Positions 1-7,255 of a stretch of 30,266 nt of DNA are shown piece by piece (within the stretch, counting starts at the first letter, position 1; every line of letters starts with the position of its first letter). The stretch is from a virus (Duplodnaviria > Caudoviricetes): positions 1 to 30,266 of the IMG/VR virus record IMGVR_UViG_3300048598_000535; one strand, written 5' to 3'. The notes beneath the pieces were generated by a model, which did not search any database, was not told the DNA's origin, and saw only the letters and a list, made by a program, of their open reading frames with translations. The position numbers and the translations under genes were made by a program.

Positions 1-201
1 ATGGCAGGATGCGACTTAAGAATTTACAACAAAGATAATGTACAAATAGATAAGTCTGAATGTTGGCTGGTTGACTCTCCATTTGAGTTTTTATTTATCA
101 ATGATACACGGCGTTTTGACACCATGGTAAACGAAAAATTGAAGGAACTCGAAACGATGCAAACAATGGCACTTAAGTATTACAAATACAACTCAAAGTA
201 A
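1..201 (+). CDS. hypothetical early protein (may extend upstream of the window)
   Basis: 66-aa ORF at the window edge, co-oriented with the MuB-like gene. Confidence 0.55.
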   Translation: MAGCDLRIYNKDNVQIDKSECWLVDSPFEFLFINDTRRFDTMVNEKLKELETMQTMALKYYKYNSK

Positions 202-224
202 ATCACCTTTAAACTCAATTTAAA

Positions 225-1145
225 ATGCTAACACAAACACAAAAAAACGACATTCTTCGACTCATCGAGGAAGAAATTTTGCGAATGGGTTCGGCGGCAC
301 AGGTAGCAAAGAAATGCGCTATCAGCGAAACCGCACTGAGCCAGCTCCGCAAAGGCGTGTATGCTGCCAAAGGCGACGACATATATTCCACCATCGCAGT
401 AGCTTTGGGCTACGACTTTGGCGGTGGAAAATGGAACATAGCAGAAACACACGACTTCCGTAGCGTGTACATGGTACTGGAAGATGCAAAGCGTGAGGCT
501 CTTTTTATCGGAATCAGTCACAAAGCTGGCGGAGGAAAGACTACACCGGCTTCTGTATATCTCGAAAACAACCGTACCAAAGGCGTGTATTACCTTGCTT
601 GCAAAGAGTGGAGTGGTCGCGAGTTCCTAACCAAACTGGCCGTAGAAGTGGGTGCAGACATGCCCAAAGGTATTGCCCGCAAAAACGACCTGCTGGAAGC
701 TATTGCAATTGCTTTCAAAGGCAAAATAAACATACGTCCGTTGCTTATACTTGATCAAGCCAACTCACTACGTCCGTCGGCTCTTATTGCCCTCATTCAC
801 CTGTACAACGAGCTCGAAGATGTTTTAGGCTGCGTTATTCTTGGCACCGAAAACCTAGAACAGGAGATTAAACGCGGCGTTCGTTTCAACAAGGATGGAT
901 ACGACGAACTTGACAGCCGTTTTGGGCGCAACTACCTACACCTTCGTGGCTCATCACTCGAAGATACCCGTAAAATTTGCGCCGTGAATGGCATTGAAGA
1001 TTCTGAAACACAGTCGGCAATCTTCAATGAATGTAACCCGGTGCAGCACGCCCTCGAAGGTGGCAAAACCATCAAAGTGATAGAGGACATTCGCCGCATC
1101 AAACGTGTCATCAAGCGCGAACGCATTAAACTACAGGTAGCATGA
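225..1145 (+). CDS. MuB-like transposition AAA+ ATPase with N-terminal HTH
   Basis: N-terminal HTH (AQVAKKCAISETALSQL), Walker A AGGGKTT, Walker B LLILDQ, sensor VILGT, arginine finger LDSRF; position in the early region. Confidence 0.85.
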   Translation: MLTQTQKNDILRLIEEEILRMGSAAQVAKKCAISETALSQLRKGVYAAKGDDIYSTIAVALGYDFGGGKWNIAETHDFRSVYMVLEDAKREALFIGISHKAGGGKTTPASVYLENNRTKGVYYLACKEWSGREFLTKLAVEVGADMPKGIARKNDLLEAIAIAFKGKINIRPLLILDQANSLRPSALIALIHLYNELEDVLGCVILGTENLEQEIKRGVRFNKDGYDELDSRFGRNYLHLRGSSLEDTRKICAVNGIEDSETQSAIFNECNPVQHALEGGKTIKVIEDIRRIKRVIKRERIKLQVA

Positions 1146-1606
1146 AAGCGACGGTATCACATTCGGTATTCTTCGCACTGATCAATCAGTTGCCGAGGAT
1201 GAACAAAGAGGATGTGGTATGGGAATACAGCGGAATGCTCACCACATCGCTCAGCGAGTTTTACAATACGAATAAGGCCGGTTACGACAAAATGATATAT
1301 GACCTTAAACGGCTTGTAAATGACAACAAAACAGCAAAAACACGTGCTAAAATAATAGCCAACGAAGAGGAAAAACAGGTAAAAAAGCTTCGATCTGGCA
1401 TACTCATACGGTTGCAAAAATACGGGGTTGATACTACAGACTGGAACAAAGTCAATGCCTTTATGAAACAACCAAAAATAGCCGGGAAACTGCTGTACGA
1501 AATGACCATCACGGAGATGGAAACTCTCACCAAAAAGCTTGAAAGCATCCTGAAAAAAGAGGAAGCCATCAAAGAAGAACACAACCGATTAGCACACTGG
1601 AACTAA
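1142..1606 (+). CDS. Mu-like prophage early protein, possibly GemA/gp16-like
   Basis: ATGA overlap with the MuB-like stop; C-terminal LYEMTITEMETLTKKLESI resembles GemA-like helical repeats; family call is tentative. Confidence 0.55.
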   Translation: MKATVSHSVFFALINQLPRMNKEDVVWEYSGMLTTSLSEFYNTNKAGYDKMIYDLKRLVNDNKTAKTRAKIIANEEEKQVKKLRSGILIRLQKYGVDTTDWNKVNAFMKQPKIAGKLLYEMTITEMETLTKKLESILKKEEAIKEEHNRLAHWN

Positions 1607-1848
1607 TGGACGAAAAGAAACAATTGAAAATGCAGTTAGGGCGTCGCGCAGCATACTTGCGCAGATGCGTTGAAGTGGCCGACCTTATCGACAAATACGA
1701 GGACGAAACTACCGTTCGCCGTCGTGTGTTCATAAAGCACATACAGCCCGTTATACGTGTCAGCTATACAGCATTCAACAATATGCTGAACGAGCCCAAT
1801 CCGCGCCTTCAATTGGAACAAATAGACAGTCAACTACAAGATTTATAA
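1606..1848 (+). CDS. small basic putative DNA-binding protein
   Basis: TAATG coupling; C-terminal helix-turn-helix-like segment (RRVFIKHIQPVIRVSYTAFNNML). Confidence 0.6.
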   Translation: MDEKKQLKMQLGRRAAYLRRCVEVADLIDKYEDETTVRRRVFIKHIQPVIRVSYTAFNNMLNEPNPRLQLEQIDSQLQDL

Positions 1849-1867
1849 ACCCTTTAATTTAAACAAT

Positions 1868-2482
1868 ATGATTTACAACATTAAAGATGAAAAATGGTAC
1901 GATGAGACAGGAATGCCTATTCCGCGTACGAGATTGACTAACTACGAAAAGCTGAAGGAAAAAACGCTTGCGAAACTATTGAAAGAGGCGCAATCGCTTT
2001 CAGCTAAGTTGGATGCTTTGAAAAAACAGGTACAGGCAGAAGAAAAGGCGCTATTTGAGGCTGCTATGGTCGACAATGCCGTAAAGGTTGACTCGAAAGG
2101 GAACTGGAATGTTTTTTCTTTTGACCGCTCTATTAGGTTTGAGGTGGCAATATCCGAGCCTATAAAATTCGATGATCTCACCATTATGGCCGCTCAGACA
2201 TTGCTCAACGAATTTCTTCAAGATGAGATTGAAAGCAAAAATGAGTTTGTAAAGGATTTGGTTCGAGATGCCTTCGCCACATCACGAGGAAAATTAGACC
2301 CCAAAAGGGTATTAGGTCTCGTAAAACATAAGGTAAAAATAAACAATCCAAAGTTTAGTCAGGCATGTGACTTGATTGAAAAAGCGACAAGAAGGCCTAA
2401 ATCAAAGAAGTACCATCGGATATTTCTAAAGGATGCCGAAGGCGAATACCAATGTGTCGAATTAAATTTCTCGAACATATGA
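1868..2482 (+). CDS. DUF3164 family protein (Mu-like prophage early gene)
   Basis: motifs KGNWNVFSFD, I.FDD...AA, V.DAF...GKLD, I....F..A.DLI..A.RRP.SK.Y.RI typical of DUF3164. Confidence 0.8.
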   Translation: MIYNIKDEKWYDETGMPIPRTRLTNYEKLKEKTLAKLLKEAQSLSAKLDALKKQVQAEEKALFEAAMVDNAVKVDSKGNWNVFSFDRSIRFEVAISEPIKFDDLTIMAAQTLLNEFLQDEIESKNEFVKDLVRDAFATSRGKLDPKRVLGLVKHKVKINNPKFSQACDLIEKATRRPKSKKYHRIFLKDAEGEYQCVELNFSNI

Positions 2483-2682
2483 GTGTTGAAGGATTAACAC
2501 CGGAAGATAAAGCCGAGATTGATGCTTTATCACATGAGGATATGTGTCGAATGTGGCGTTTTGGCACAAGAAAACAGGAATGGAAAGACGGAACGCATCC
2601 GGCTGGACAGTATTTCACAGAACGGCTATGGAATCATTTCGGAGGATTTACCCCTGAAATATCAAAATCAATAGGATGGTAA
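2479..2682 (+). CDS. conserved hypothetical phage protein (start moved to ATG 2479)
   Basis: ATGA overlap with the DUF3164 stop; MSVEGL...MCRMWRF...FGGFTPEISKSIGW. Confidence 0.7.
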   Translation: MSVEGLTPEDKAEIDALSHEDMCRMWRFGTRKQEWKDGTHPAGQYFTERLWNHFGGFTPEISKSIGW

Positions 2683-2686
2683 CCCC

Positions 2687-2711
2687 GTAGAGACGCATTG
2701 CATGCGTCTCT
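2687..2711. repeat. GTAG-type REP-like palindrome
   Basis: GTAG followed by a perfect 10-bp palindrome AGAGACGCAT-tgc-ATGCGTCTCT. Confidence 0.6.
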
Positions 2712-2989
2712 CTAAAACAATCAACACCATATATAAGGTAAGAGTAATCTATCAACCAGTCGACCCTACCGACGAAACAAACAAGTTTCAAAAAGGAGTT
2801 ATTGAAGGTCTTTATGTAGAAAAAGATCGCCAACACCCCCCTGCAATAGCAAAGTTAAAAAAGCAGGTTTGGAAATACATTCAGCCACGCATATTTGACA
2901 AAAAGCGTCCTCAAATTATTGCTAACCTAATCGAGATAACAGTTAAAAAGCTACCTGAAGAATTTATAGTTTGTGAAGATAAATCCTAA
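2702..2989 (+). CDS. hypothetical protein
   Basis: 95-aa ORF in the early operon; its ATG lies inside the palindrome. Confidence 0.55.
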   Translation: MRLSKTINTIYKVRVIYQPVDPTDETNKFQKGVIEGLYVEKDRQHPPAIAKLKKQVWKYIQPRIFDKKRPQIIANLIEITVKKLPEEFIVCEDKS

Positions 2990-3022
2990 TATCCGCCAAC
3001 ACTAACCATTTTTTTGAACTCA

Positions 3023-3052
3023 TCCGGCCTACGTTGCGAAACGTCAGCCGGA
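3023..3052 (+). other. GNRA-capped hairpin
   Basis: TCCGGC/GCCGGA and ACGTT/AACGT stems, 2x2 internal loop, GCGA tetraloop. Confidence 0.6.
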
Positions 3053-3056
3053 ACCC

Positions 3057-3105
3057 GGAGCCGTCAATGTCGGATTGGACGCGGGTTCGACTCCCGCCGA
3101 CTCCA
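3057..3105 (+). ncRNA. mini tRNA-like element resembling the tRNA-like domain of tmRNA
   Basis: GGAGCCG/CGACTCC acceptor stem (6 of 7 pairs) plus A discriminator; perfect T-arm GCGGG-TTCGACT-CCCGC preceded by GGAC; only 17 nt between the 5' acceptor strand and the T-arm. Confidence 0.55.
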
Positions 3106-3117
3106 CAATATATTTCA

Positions 3118-3143
3118 GTACGGGTGCCCCTATGTGGGCATCC
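3118..3143. repeat. REP-like GC-rich palindrome
   Basis: GTAC then GGGTGCCC-ctatgt-GGGCATCC (8 bp, one G-U). Confidence 0.4.
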
Positions 3144-3173
3144 ATTTAAACCACATTTAAACCCTATTTAAAC

Positions 3174-3380
3174 ATGAGAAAAACAAGCATTATCCTTGCA
3201 GTTCTTACTGCTATTGGCGGCATCAGCCTGATGGTAGGTTGTTTCTTTTTATTCAAGCACATGCCTTGGCGCATCGACGGCGACAAATGGGCAATGTGTG
3301 TAATGTTCGAGACAATCATAGCCATTTTTACGCTGTTTCTCTTTAGTAGTTTCATTTATGACTATAAAAAAGAGAATTAA
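3174..3380 (+). CDS. small membrane protein (2 TM)
   Basis: two hydrophobic stretches in 68 aa. Confidence 0.65.
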   Translation: MRKTSIILAVLTAIGGISLMVGCFFLFKHMPWRIDGDKWAMCVMFETIIAIFTLFLFSSFIYDYKKEN

Positions 3381-3681
3381 ACAACAACCGGACGAAACCC
3401 CGGAAGAGTTTTTTGCTGCCGTAAAAGTTCCCGAAAGCTGGAAGTTTGAAAAATGGGCAAACTGGGATTCCACTTTTGGCAAAGTGTATCTAACCAAACC
3501 CGGCATTTTCATACGGCTGTTTTTTGACACCATACCCAATCGCGGCGGACTATGCGAATGCGATACACGGAACAGAAAGCAGGTATTCACCTGCCTTGTA
3601 AGCAATAAAAGAAGCGACAAGCTTAATGAATGGATAAACAACAATTTAATTAACGAAGAAGATGACAACGAAGAAAACTAA
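3358..3681 (+). CDS. hypothetical protein
   Basis: ORF overlapping its neighbours in the early operon. Confidence 0.6.
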   Translation: MTIKKRIKQQPDETPEEFFAAVKVPESWKFEKWANWDSTFGKVYLTKPGIFIRLFFDTIPNRGGLCECDTRNRKQVFTCLVSNKRSDKLNEWINNNLINEEDDNEEN

Positions 3682-3943
3682 AAAAGTGCCCCGTTTTGTG
3701 GCAATCAAAAGTAAAGACAATACATTTTACGGCGTAGTGTGTATTGAGAACCCACGTACCGGAAAGGGCAAACTGCTGTACAAAACAGCTATCACAGACA
3801 ACGACAGTACCAATGCCGACAATGAGACCATCATTCAGAAAATTGCCTGTATGCTCAACGTGAAAACGACCTGCGAAGATGCCTCTATAGTAGCACAGGT
3901 AAATACGCAACTGGAGGCTTTCAAACACTTACTAACTATTTAG
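3662..3943 (+). CDS. hypothetical protein
   Basis: ORF overlapping the upstream gene, 3 nt from the next. Confidence 0.6.
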   Translation: MTTKKTKKVPRFVAIKSKDNTFYGVVCIENPRTGKGKLLYKTAITDNDSTNADNETIIQKIACMLNVKTTCEDASIVAQVNTQLEAFKHLLTI

Positions 3944-3946
3944 AAC

Positions 3947-4237
3947 ATGGAACTAAATAGTACAGAGGATAGATTGCTTAAATACGAAGCAATTGACCGT
4001 GAATTAATACGGGCAAAGAAATTATATCCAACCTTCCCGACAAATGTTTTTGAACAAACATGTATCATGATGGAAGAGGCTGGAGAAGTTGTGAAAGCGG
4101 CAAACGATTTTGTTTACGAAAAAGGAGACAAAGCAGAATTGTTGATGTTACTCAAAGATGAAGTTATACAAACAGCCGCTATGTGTATGAGAATGCTTGA
4201 ATCAATAGAAAAAAGCTACTGGCATGTTACAAAATAA
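3947..4237 (+). CDS. MazG-like nucleotide pyrophosphohydrolase
   Basis: MEEAGEVVKA and LKDEVIQTAA, the EExxE...ExxD/Q all-alpha NTP-PPase pattern. Confidence 0.7.
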   Translation: MELNSTEDRLLKYEAIDRELIRAKKLYPTFPTNVFEQTCIMMEEAGEVVKAANDFVYEKGDKAELLMLLKDEVIQTAAMCMRMLESIEKSYWHVTK

Positions 4238-4631
4238 ACACTTTGTTGAGATAACCACACCTGAAAATGCAATAGGCCTTGACACTCAAAGTACTGCAAT
4301 CCGTTTGAAATGCAATTTTTGTAAAGGAGAAGGAACCCTTAGAACTCTTATTTATCCATACCGTCCAGACGAGCAATACGACATTAAAGAGTGCCCAAAT
4401 TGCAAAGGTTCTGGCTGGTTGGATGCTATTGTTACCGTCAAATTCGAGCCTGTACAGTACGAAATGAAGCAATCTAAAATTGATGAACCTAAAAAAAGCA
4501 CCATTTGTCCCAATTGCGGCAAGCAACACCCTTTAGTGGCTGAGTTCGGATATTGCGGCAAATGCGCTCAGGAAATTTACGGAACATCCATATTGCCCCT
4601 CTCTTCGGGAGAGGGGTTTGGGAGAGGTTAA
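4224..4631 (+). CDS. zinc-finger protein
   Basis: two DnaJ-like CxxCxGxG motifs (CNFCKGEG, CPNCKGSG) and a second ribbon CPNC...CGKC. Confidence 0.7.
   Translation: MLQNKHFVEITTPENAIGLDTQSTAIRLKCNFCKGEGTLRTLIYPYRPDEQYDIKECPNCKGSGWLDAIVTVKFEPVQYEMKQSKIDEPKKSTICPNCGKQHPLVAEFGYCGKCAQEIYGTSILPLSSGEGFGRG
4596..4627. repeat. REP-like element of the CCCCTCTC...GAGAGGGG...GAGG type
   Basis: CCCCTCTC-ttcgg-GAGAGGGG-tttgggagagg; translated as PLSSGEGFGRG at the end of the Zn-finger ORF. Confidence 0.6.
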
Positions 4632-4645
4632 AACACCAACACACT

Positions 4646-5239
4646 ATGAGAACTTATTCACCTTTAGAAATCGAAGAAGCAAACGTTGAAGTATATCCGT
4701 TTGCCGACGAATGGAAGTCGCTACTTGGAGAACCTGACATTCGGTTTAGTACGCTGATCCGAGGCGAAGCAAAGAGCGGAAAGAGTACCTATTGCGCCAA
4801 ATTTGCACAAATGATAAGCCAGTTTGGGCGTGTGCTATACGTTTCGGCAGAAGAACGCATCAGAAGCAAAACACTGCAACTACGGGTAAAACGTTGCGGC
4901 GTTGTATCTCCGAAAGTTCGATTTGTACACACCAAGAACATTGACGAAATAGATGACATGATACGCACAGGGGGCTATCGCTTTGTAATATTCGACAGCA
5001 CCCAGCACATAAATATGAGTTACGAACGCTTTGAAGCACTCCGGCAAAAGTATAAACGCCGCAAATTAAGCTATCACCTTGTGATGCAGATGGGCGTCTC
5101 AATTGAAAAGTGGAAACACGAAGTAGATGTACTGATAAACGTAAAAGAAGGGTATGCTTATACCCATGGCCGATATGGTAAATCAGACCGAATGCAGGTA
5201 CTTGATCAGCACAAACAACAACAAGAACTATTTCAATAA
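4646..5239 (+). CDS. RecA/RadA(Sms)-like P-loop ATPase (start moved to ATG 4646)
   Basis: Walker A GEAKSGKS, VLYVSAEE, Walker B VIFDS, HEVDV; ATG after an A-rich spacer. Confidence 0.75.
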   Translation: MRTYSPLEIEEANVEVYPFADEWKSLLGEPDIRFSTLIRGEAKSGKSTYCAKFAQMISQFGRVLYVSAEERIRSKTLQLRVKRCGVVSPKVRFVHTKNIDEIDDMIRTGGYRFVIFDSTQHINMSYERFEALRQKYKRRKLSYHLVMQMGVSIEKWKHEVDVLINVKEGYAYTHGRYGKSDRMQVLDQHKQQQELFQ

Positions 5240-5241
5240 CT

Positions 5242-5274
5242 AAAGAGCCTATTGTATTATCAATAGGCTTTTTT
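5242..5274 (+). terminator. intrinsic terminator ending the early operon
   Basis: AGCCTATTG/CAATAGGCT stem followed by a T-run. Confidence 0.75.
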
Positions 5275-5281
5275 ACCTTTG
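5274..5281 (+). promoter_or_regulatory. Bacteroidetes sigma70 -7 box (TAnnTTTG) for the moron genes
   Basis: TACCTTTG 19 nt upstream of ATG 5301, right after the terminator. Confidence 0.6.
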
Positions 5282-5300
5282 TAACTCAAACACATACTTT

Positions 5301-5702
5301 ATGAACACAATAATAAAGAATATCCTGTCAATACCACATACGGTAAAAAAATGGCATATTGAAATGGCATTAGTTTCAGGCCTTCTTGCATCATGCTCAG
5401 GAGGAGCACAGGAAAAGACAATCGGCTATCAGGAAATAGAAAAGAAGGTGTACGACATACCGGCAAAGTCGCAGGTTACATATCGCGCCTACCTTACCGA
5501 TACCGTTTACACCCCTGAACAATTGACAAAACTTGTCAATAGCTTTGTAAGCGATTGTAAGTATGAGCCGGTGAAGTTCCACAGCGAACCCACGCATATT
5601 TTCGTGTACGTGTATGCAAAACCCGGCGACTGCGAAGCTGACGGTTCCAACTGGATAGCCATGTACAGCAAAGATTATGGTGTCGAAATAAAAAGCAAAT
5701 AA
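5301..5702 (+). CDS. putative lipoprotein (moron)
   Basis: lipobox LLASC after a hydrophobic stretch; exact start uncertain. Confidence 0.65.
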   Translation: MNTIIKNILSIPHTVKKWHIEMALVSGLLASCSGGAQEKTIGYQEIEKKVYDIPAKSQVTYRAYLTDTVYTPEQLTKLVNSFVSDCKYEPVKFHSEPTHIFVYVYAKPGDCEADGSNWIAMYSKDYGVEIKSK

Positions 5703-5708
5703 CTAACT

Positions 5709-6185
5709 ATGAAACGCTTATTTACCATTATATTACTTGCTGCCTTTGCAGCATCGGCATGGTGTCAATCCATGCAGACAAAGCCCGCGTGGGTAGTATT
5801 CGACAAGCAACACAAACCGGTAAAAGTTTACGCCGCATCCGAAGATTGCATTCACTTTTGCAGCCGCACAGGTTACTCTAACCAGCAGGTAAACCTATAC
5901 TTTCAGGCTGACAGTTCCGAATGGCATCCATCCAACGCCATAGCCCTCGACGACCGGCAGAACCAGCAACCGCTCAACGATGCTTCTTTAGCCAAAAAGA
6001 GCGTGTTTGTGGTGATGCAAAAGAACTTTGACACAATGGCCGACCGTGTCTATCTGAATGCCACAGAGGCCGCAAAATACGCGCAAAACTGGAAGGAAAA
6101 GCAAATAGAACTGCCGTACCTCTACCGGGATAAAAAAAGCTACGATGAAGTGTACCGGATAAAGCGGAACAGATTGAAGAAGTGA
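5709..6185 (+). CDS. secreted protein (moron)
   Basis: signal peptide MKRLFTIILLAAFAASAWC followed by Q, typical of Bacteroidetes exported proteins. Confidence 0.7.
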   Translation: MKRLFTIILLAAFAASAWCQSMQTKPAWVVFDKQHKPVKVYAASEDCIHFCSRTGYSNQQVNLYFQADSSEWHPSNAIALDDRQNQQPLNDASLAKKSVFVVMQKNFDTMADRVYLNATEAAKYAQNWKEKQIELPYLYRDKKSYDEVYRIKRNRLKK

Positions 6186-6206
6186 GGAAAATCTTCCTCA
6201 AAATAT

Positions 6207-6234
6207 AAAGGCGACCTATTAGGCCGCCTTTTTT
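6207..6234. terminator. probable bidirectional terminator between convergent operons
   Basis: AAAGGCG-A-CCT/AGG-C-CGCCTTT stem with T-run; extra hairpin TGAGGAA/TTCCTCA at 6183-6200. Confidence 0.7.
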
Positions 6235-6253
6235 ATTGGGAAAGTTTTCACCA

Positions 6254-7084
6254 TCAATCCACCCGCCTGTACAGCATAATATCCGTATATCCGCTATTAT
6301 GGTTCATCTTCGCGTACACCTCTTTAACCACCGCTTCCCGAAAGGGATTATCTAAACCAAGGTTCTTTTCCATCCAGTCGCACAACTCGATTATCTCTGA
6401 TTTATTAGAGGTGAAATAAAAGTACGAGTGATGCTGAACAACTTGCAACACGTCAAGGTAGTCACTTAACTTCCAATAATCTTCCTTGTTATAAGTGCTT
6501 ACGTCGGTAGATAAGTACGGCGGGTCAACGAGAAACACAACGCCAGGCGTATCTTTATAAAGCCGGTATAGCTCTTTGTAGTCCATGTGCACTACCTCGA
6601 CACCGGCAAGGTAATCCGGTGCAAGCGCATAGCCGTTCTTTCGGATGCAGTTGTACATCGTCTGTTTGCTCAATTCCTCGAAACTGGTAGCGTAATTCAT
6701 GCTGAACAATAAGCTACTCGATAACGTAATGTAATCCACATATCCTTTTTCTTTGCCTATCCGCTCGAGCACCTTAGCGCGCTGCTCATCGCTCAGCTTC
6801 TTATCGCCCGGACAATCGGCCAGCAACACCCGTAAATCGTCTAATATGGCGTTTGTTTGGGCAATATTGGCAAGTCGTTGCGTATAGTTATCGAAGTCGT
6901 TATATACTACCTGTGCGCCCGGAATAGCCTGTTTAACCGTATGCGAAAGCAGACCGCTACCGCCGAACAAATCGACAAAGATTGTTTTACTTTGAAAGCC
7001 GTTTAAAGCCTCTTTAAACGGGGTAATAAACCGCCGCTTTTGCCCCTGAAAAGGTAACGGGGCTTGATTGTAATTTTGAATCAT
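6254..7084 (-). CDS. D12-class N6-adenine DNA methyltransferase (Dam-like), orphan; start moved to ATG 7084
   Basis: APLPFQGQKR (motif X), FVDLFGGSG (motif I), DPPY (motif IV); last gene of the tail operon, where Mu has mom. Confidence 0.88.
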   Translation of the reverse strand: MIQNYNQAPLPFQGQKRRFITPFKEALNGFQSKTIFVDLFGGSGLLSHTVKQAIPGAQVVYNDFDNYTQRLANIAQTNAILDDLRVLLADCPGDKKLSDEQRAKVLERIGKEKGYVDYITLSSSLLFSMNYATSFEELSKQTMYNCIRKNGYALAPDYLAGVEVVHMDYKELYRLYKDTPGVVFLVDPPYLSTDVSTYNKEDYWKLSDYLDVLQVVQHHSYFYFTSNKSEIIELCDWMEKNLGLDNPFREAVVKEVYAKMNHNSGYTDIMLYRRVD

Positions 7085-7098
7085 ATCTAAAAAATTAA

Positions 7099-7106
7099 TA
7101 CCTTTG
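7099..7106 (+). promoter_or_regulatory. Bacteroidetes -7 box driving an antisense RNA
   Basis: TACCTTTG, directly upstream of the structured region and divergent from the MTase ATG. Confidence 0.55.
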
Positions 7107-7109
7107 TGC

Positions 7110-7246
7110 TTCCGACAATTTAAAATAAACAGGTGCAGACACACCGCTCAAAGGCTAACGGCCTCTGGCTTGGTGTGTCTGCACCTTTACTATATAGCGG
7201 CGTCGGAACCGCTCTATGGAGCCGGGGGCTTCGTTTTACCCCCCCC
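7110..7246 (+). ncRNA. putative structured antisense RNA (long hairpin with loop pseudoknot)
   Basis: 15-bp perfect stem 7131-7145/7172-7186; 7-bp outer stem 7110-7116/7202-7208; loop 7160-7170 pairs with 7220-7230 using three G-U pairs only on the + strand. Confidence 0.6.
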
Positions 7247-7255
7247 TGCTTAAAA

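Noticed and set aside
3057-3108. Complete tRNA or full tmRNA gene
   Set aside because: No anticodon arm, pseudoknots or tag reading frame; kept only as a mini tRNA-like element.
4553-4645. Longer start for the RecA-fold ATPase
   Set aside because: Overlaps the Zn-finger gene and REP-like hairpin; ATG 4646 fits better.
7085-7144. 20-aa N-terminal extension of the methyltransferase in the ORF track
   Set aside because: The family motif starts at MIQNYNQAPLPF (ATG 7084); the extension runs through the promoter box and hairpin.
7239-7246. C8 tract as a phase-variation switch
   Set aside because: Intergenic and not between promoter boxes; more simply a pairing partner for the GGGGG run. No length-variation evidence is available.
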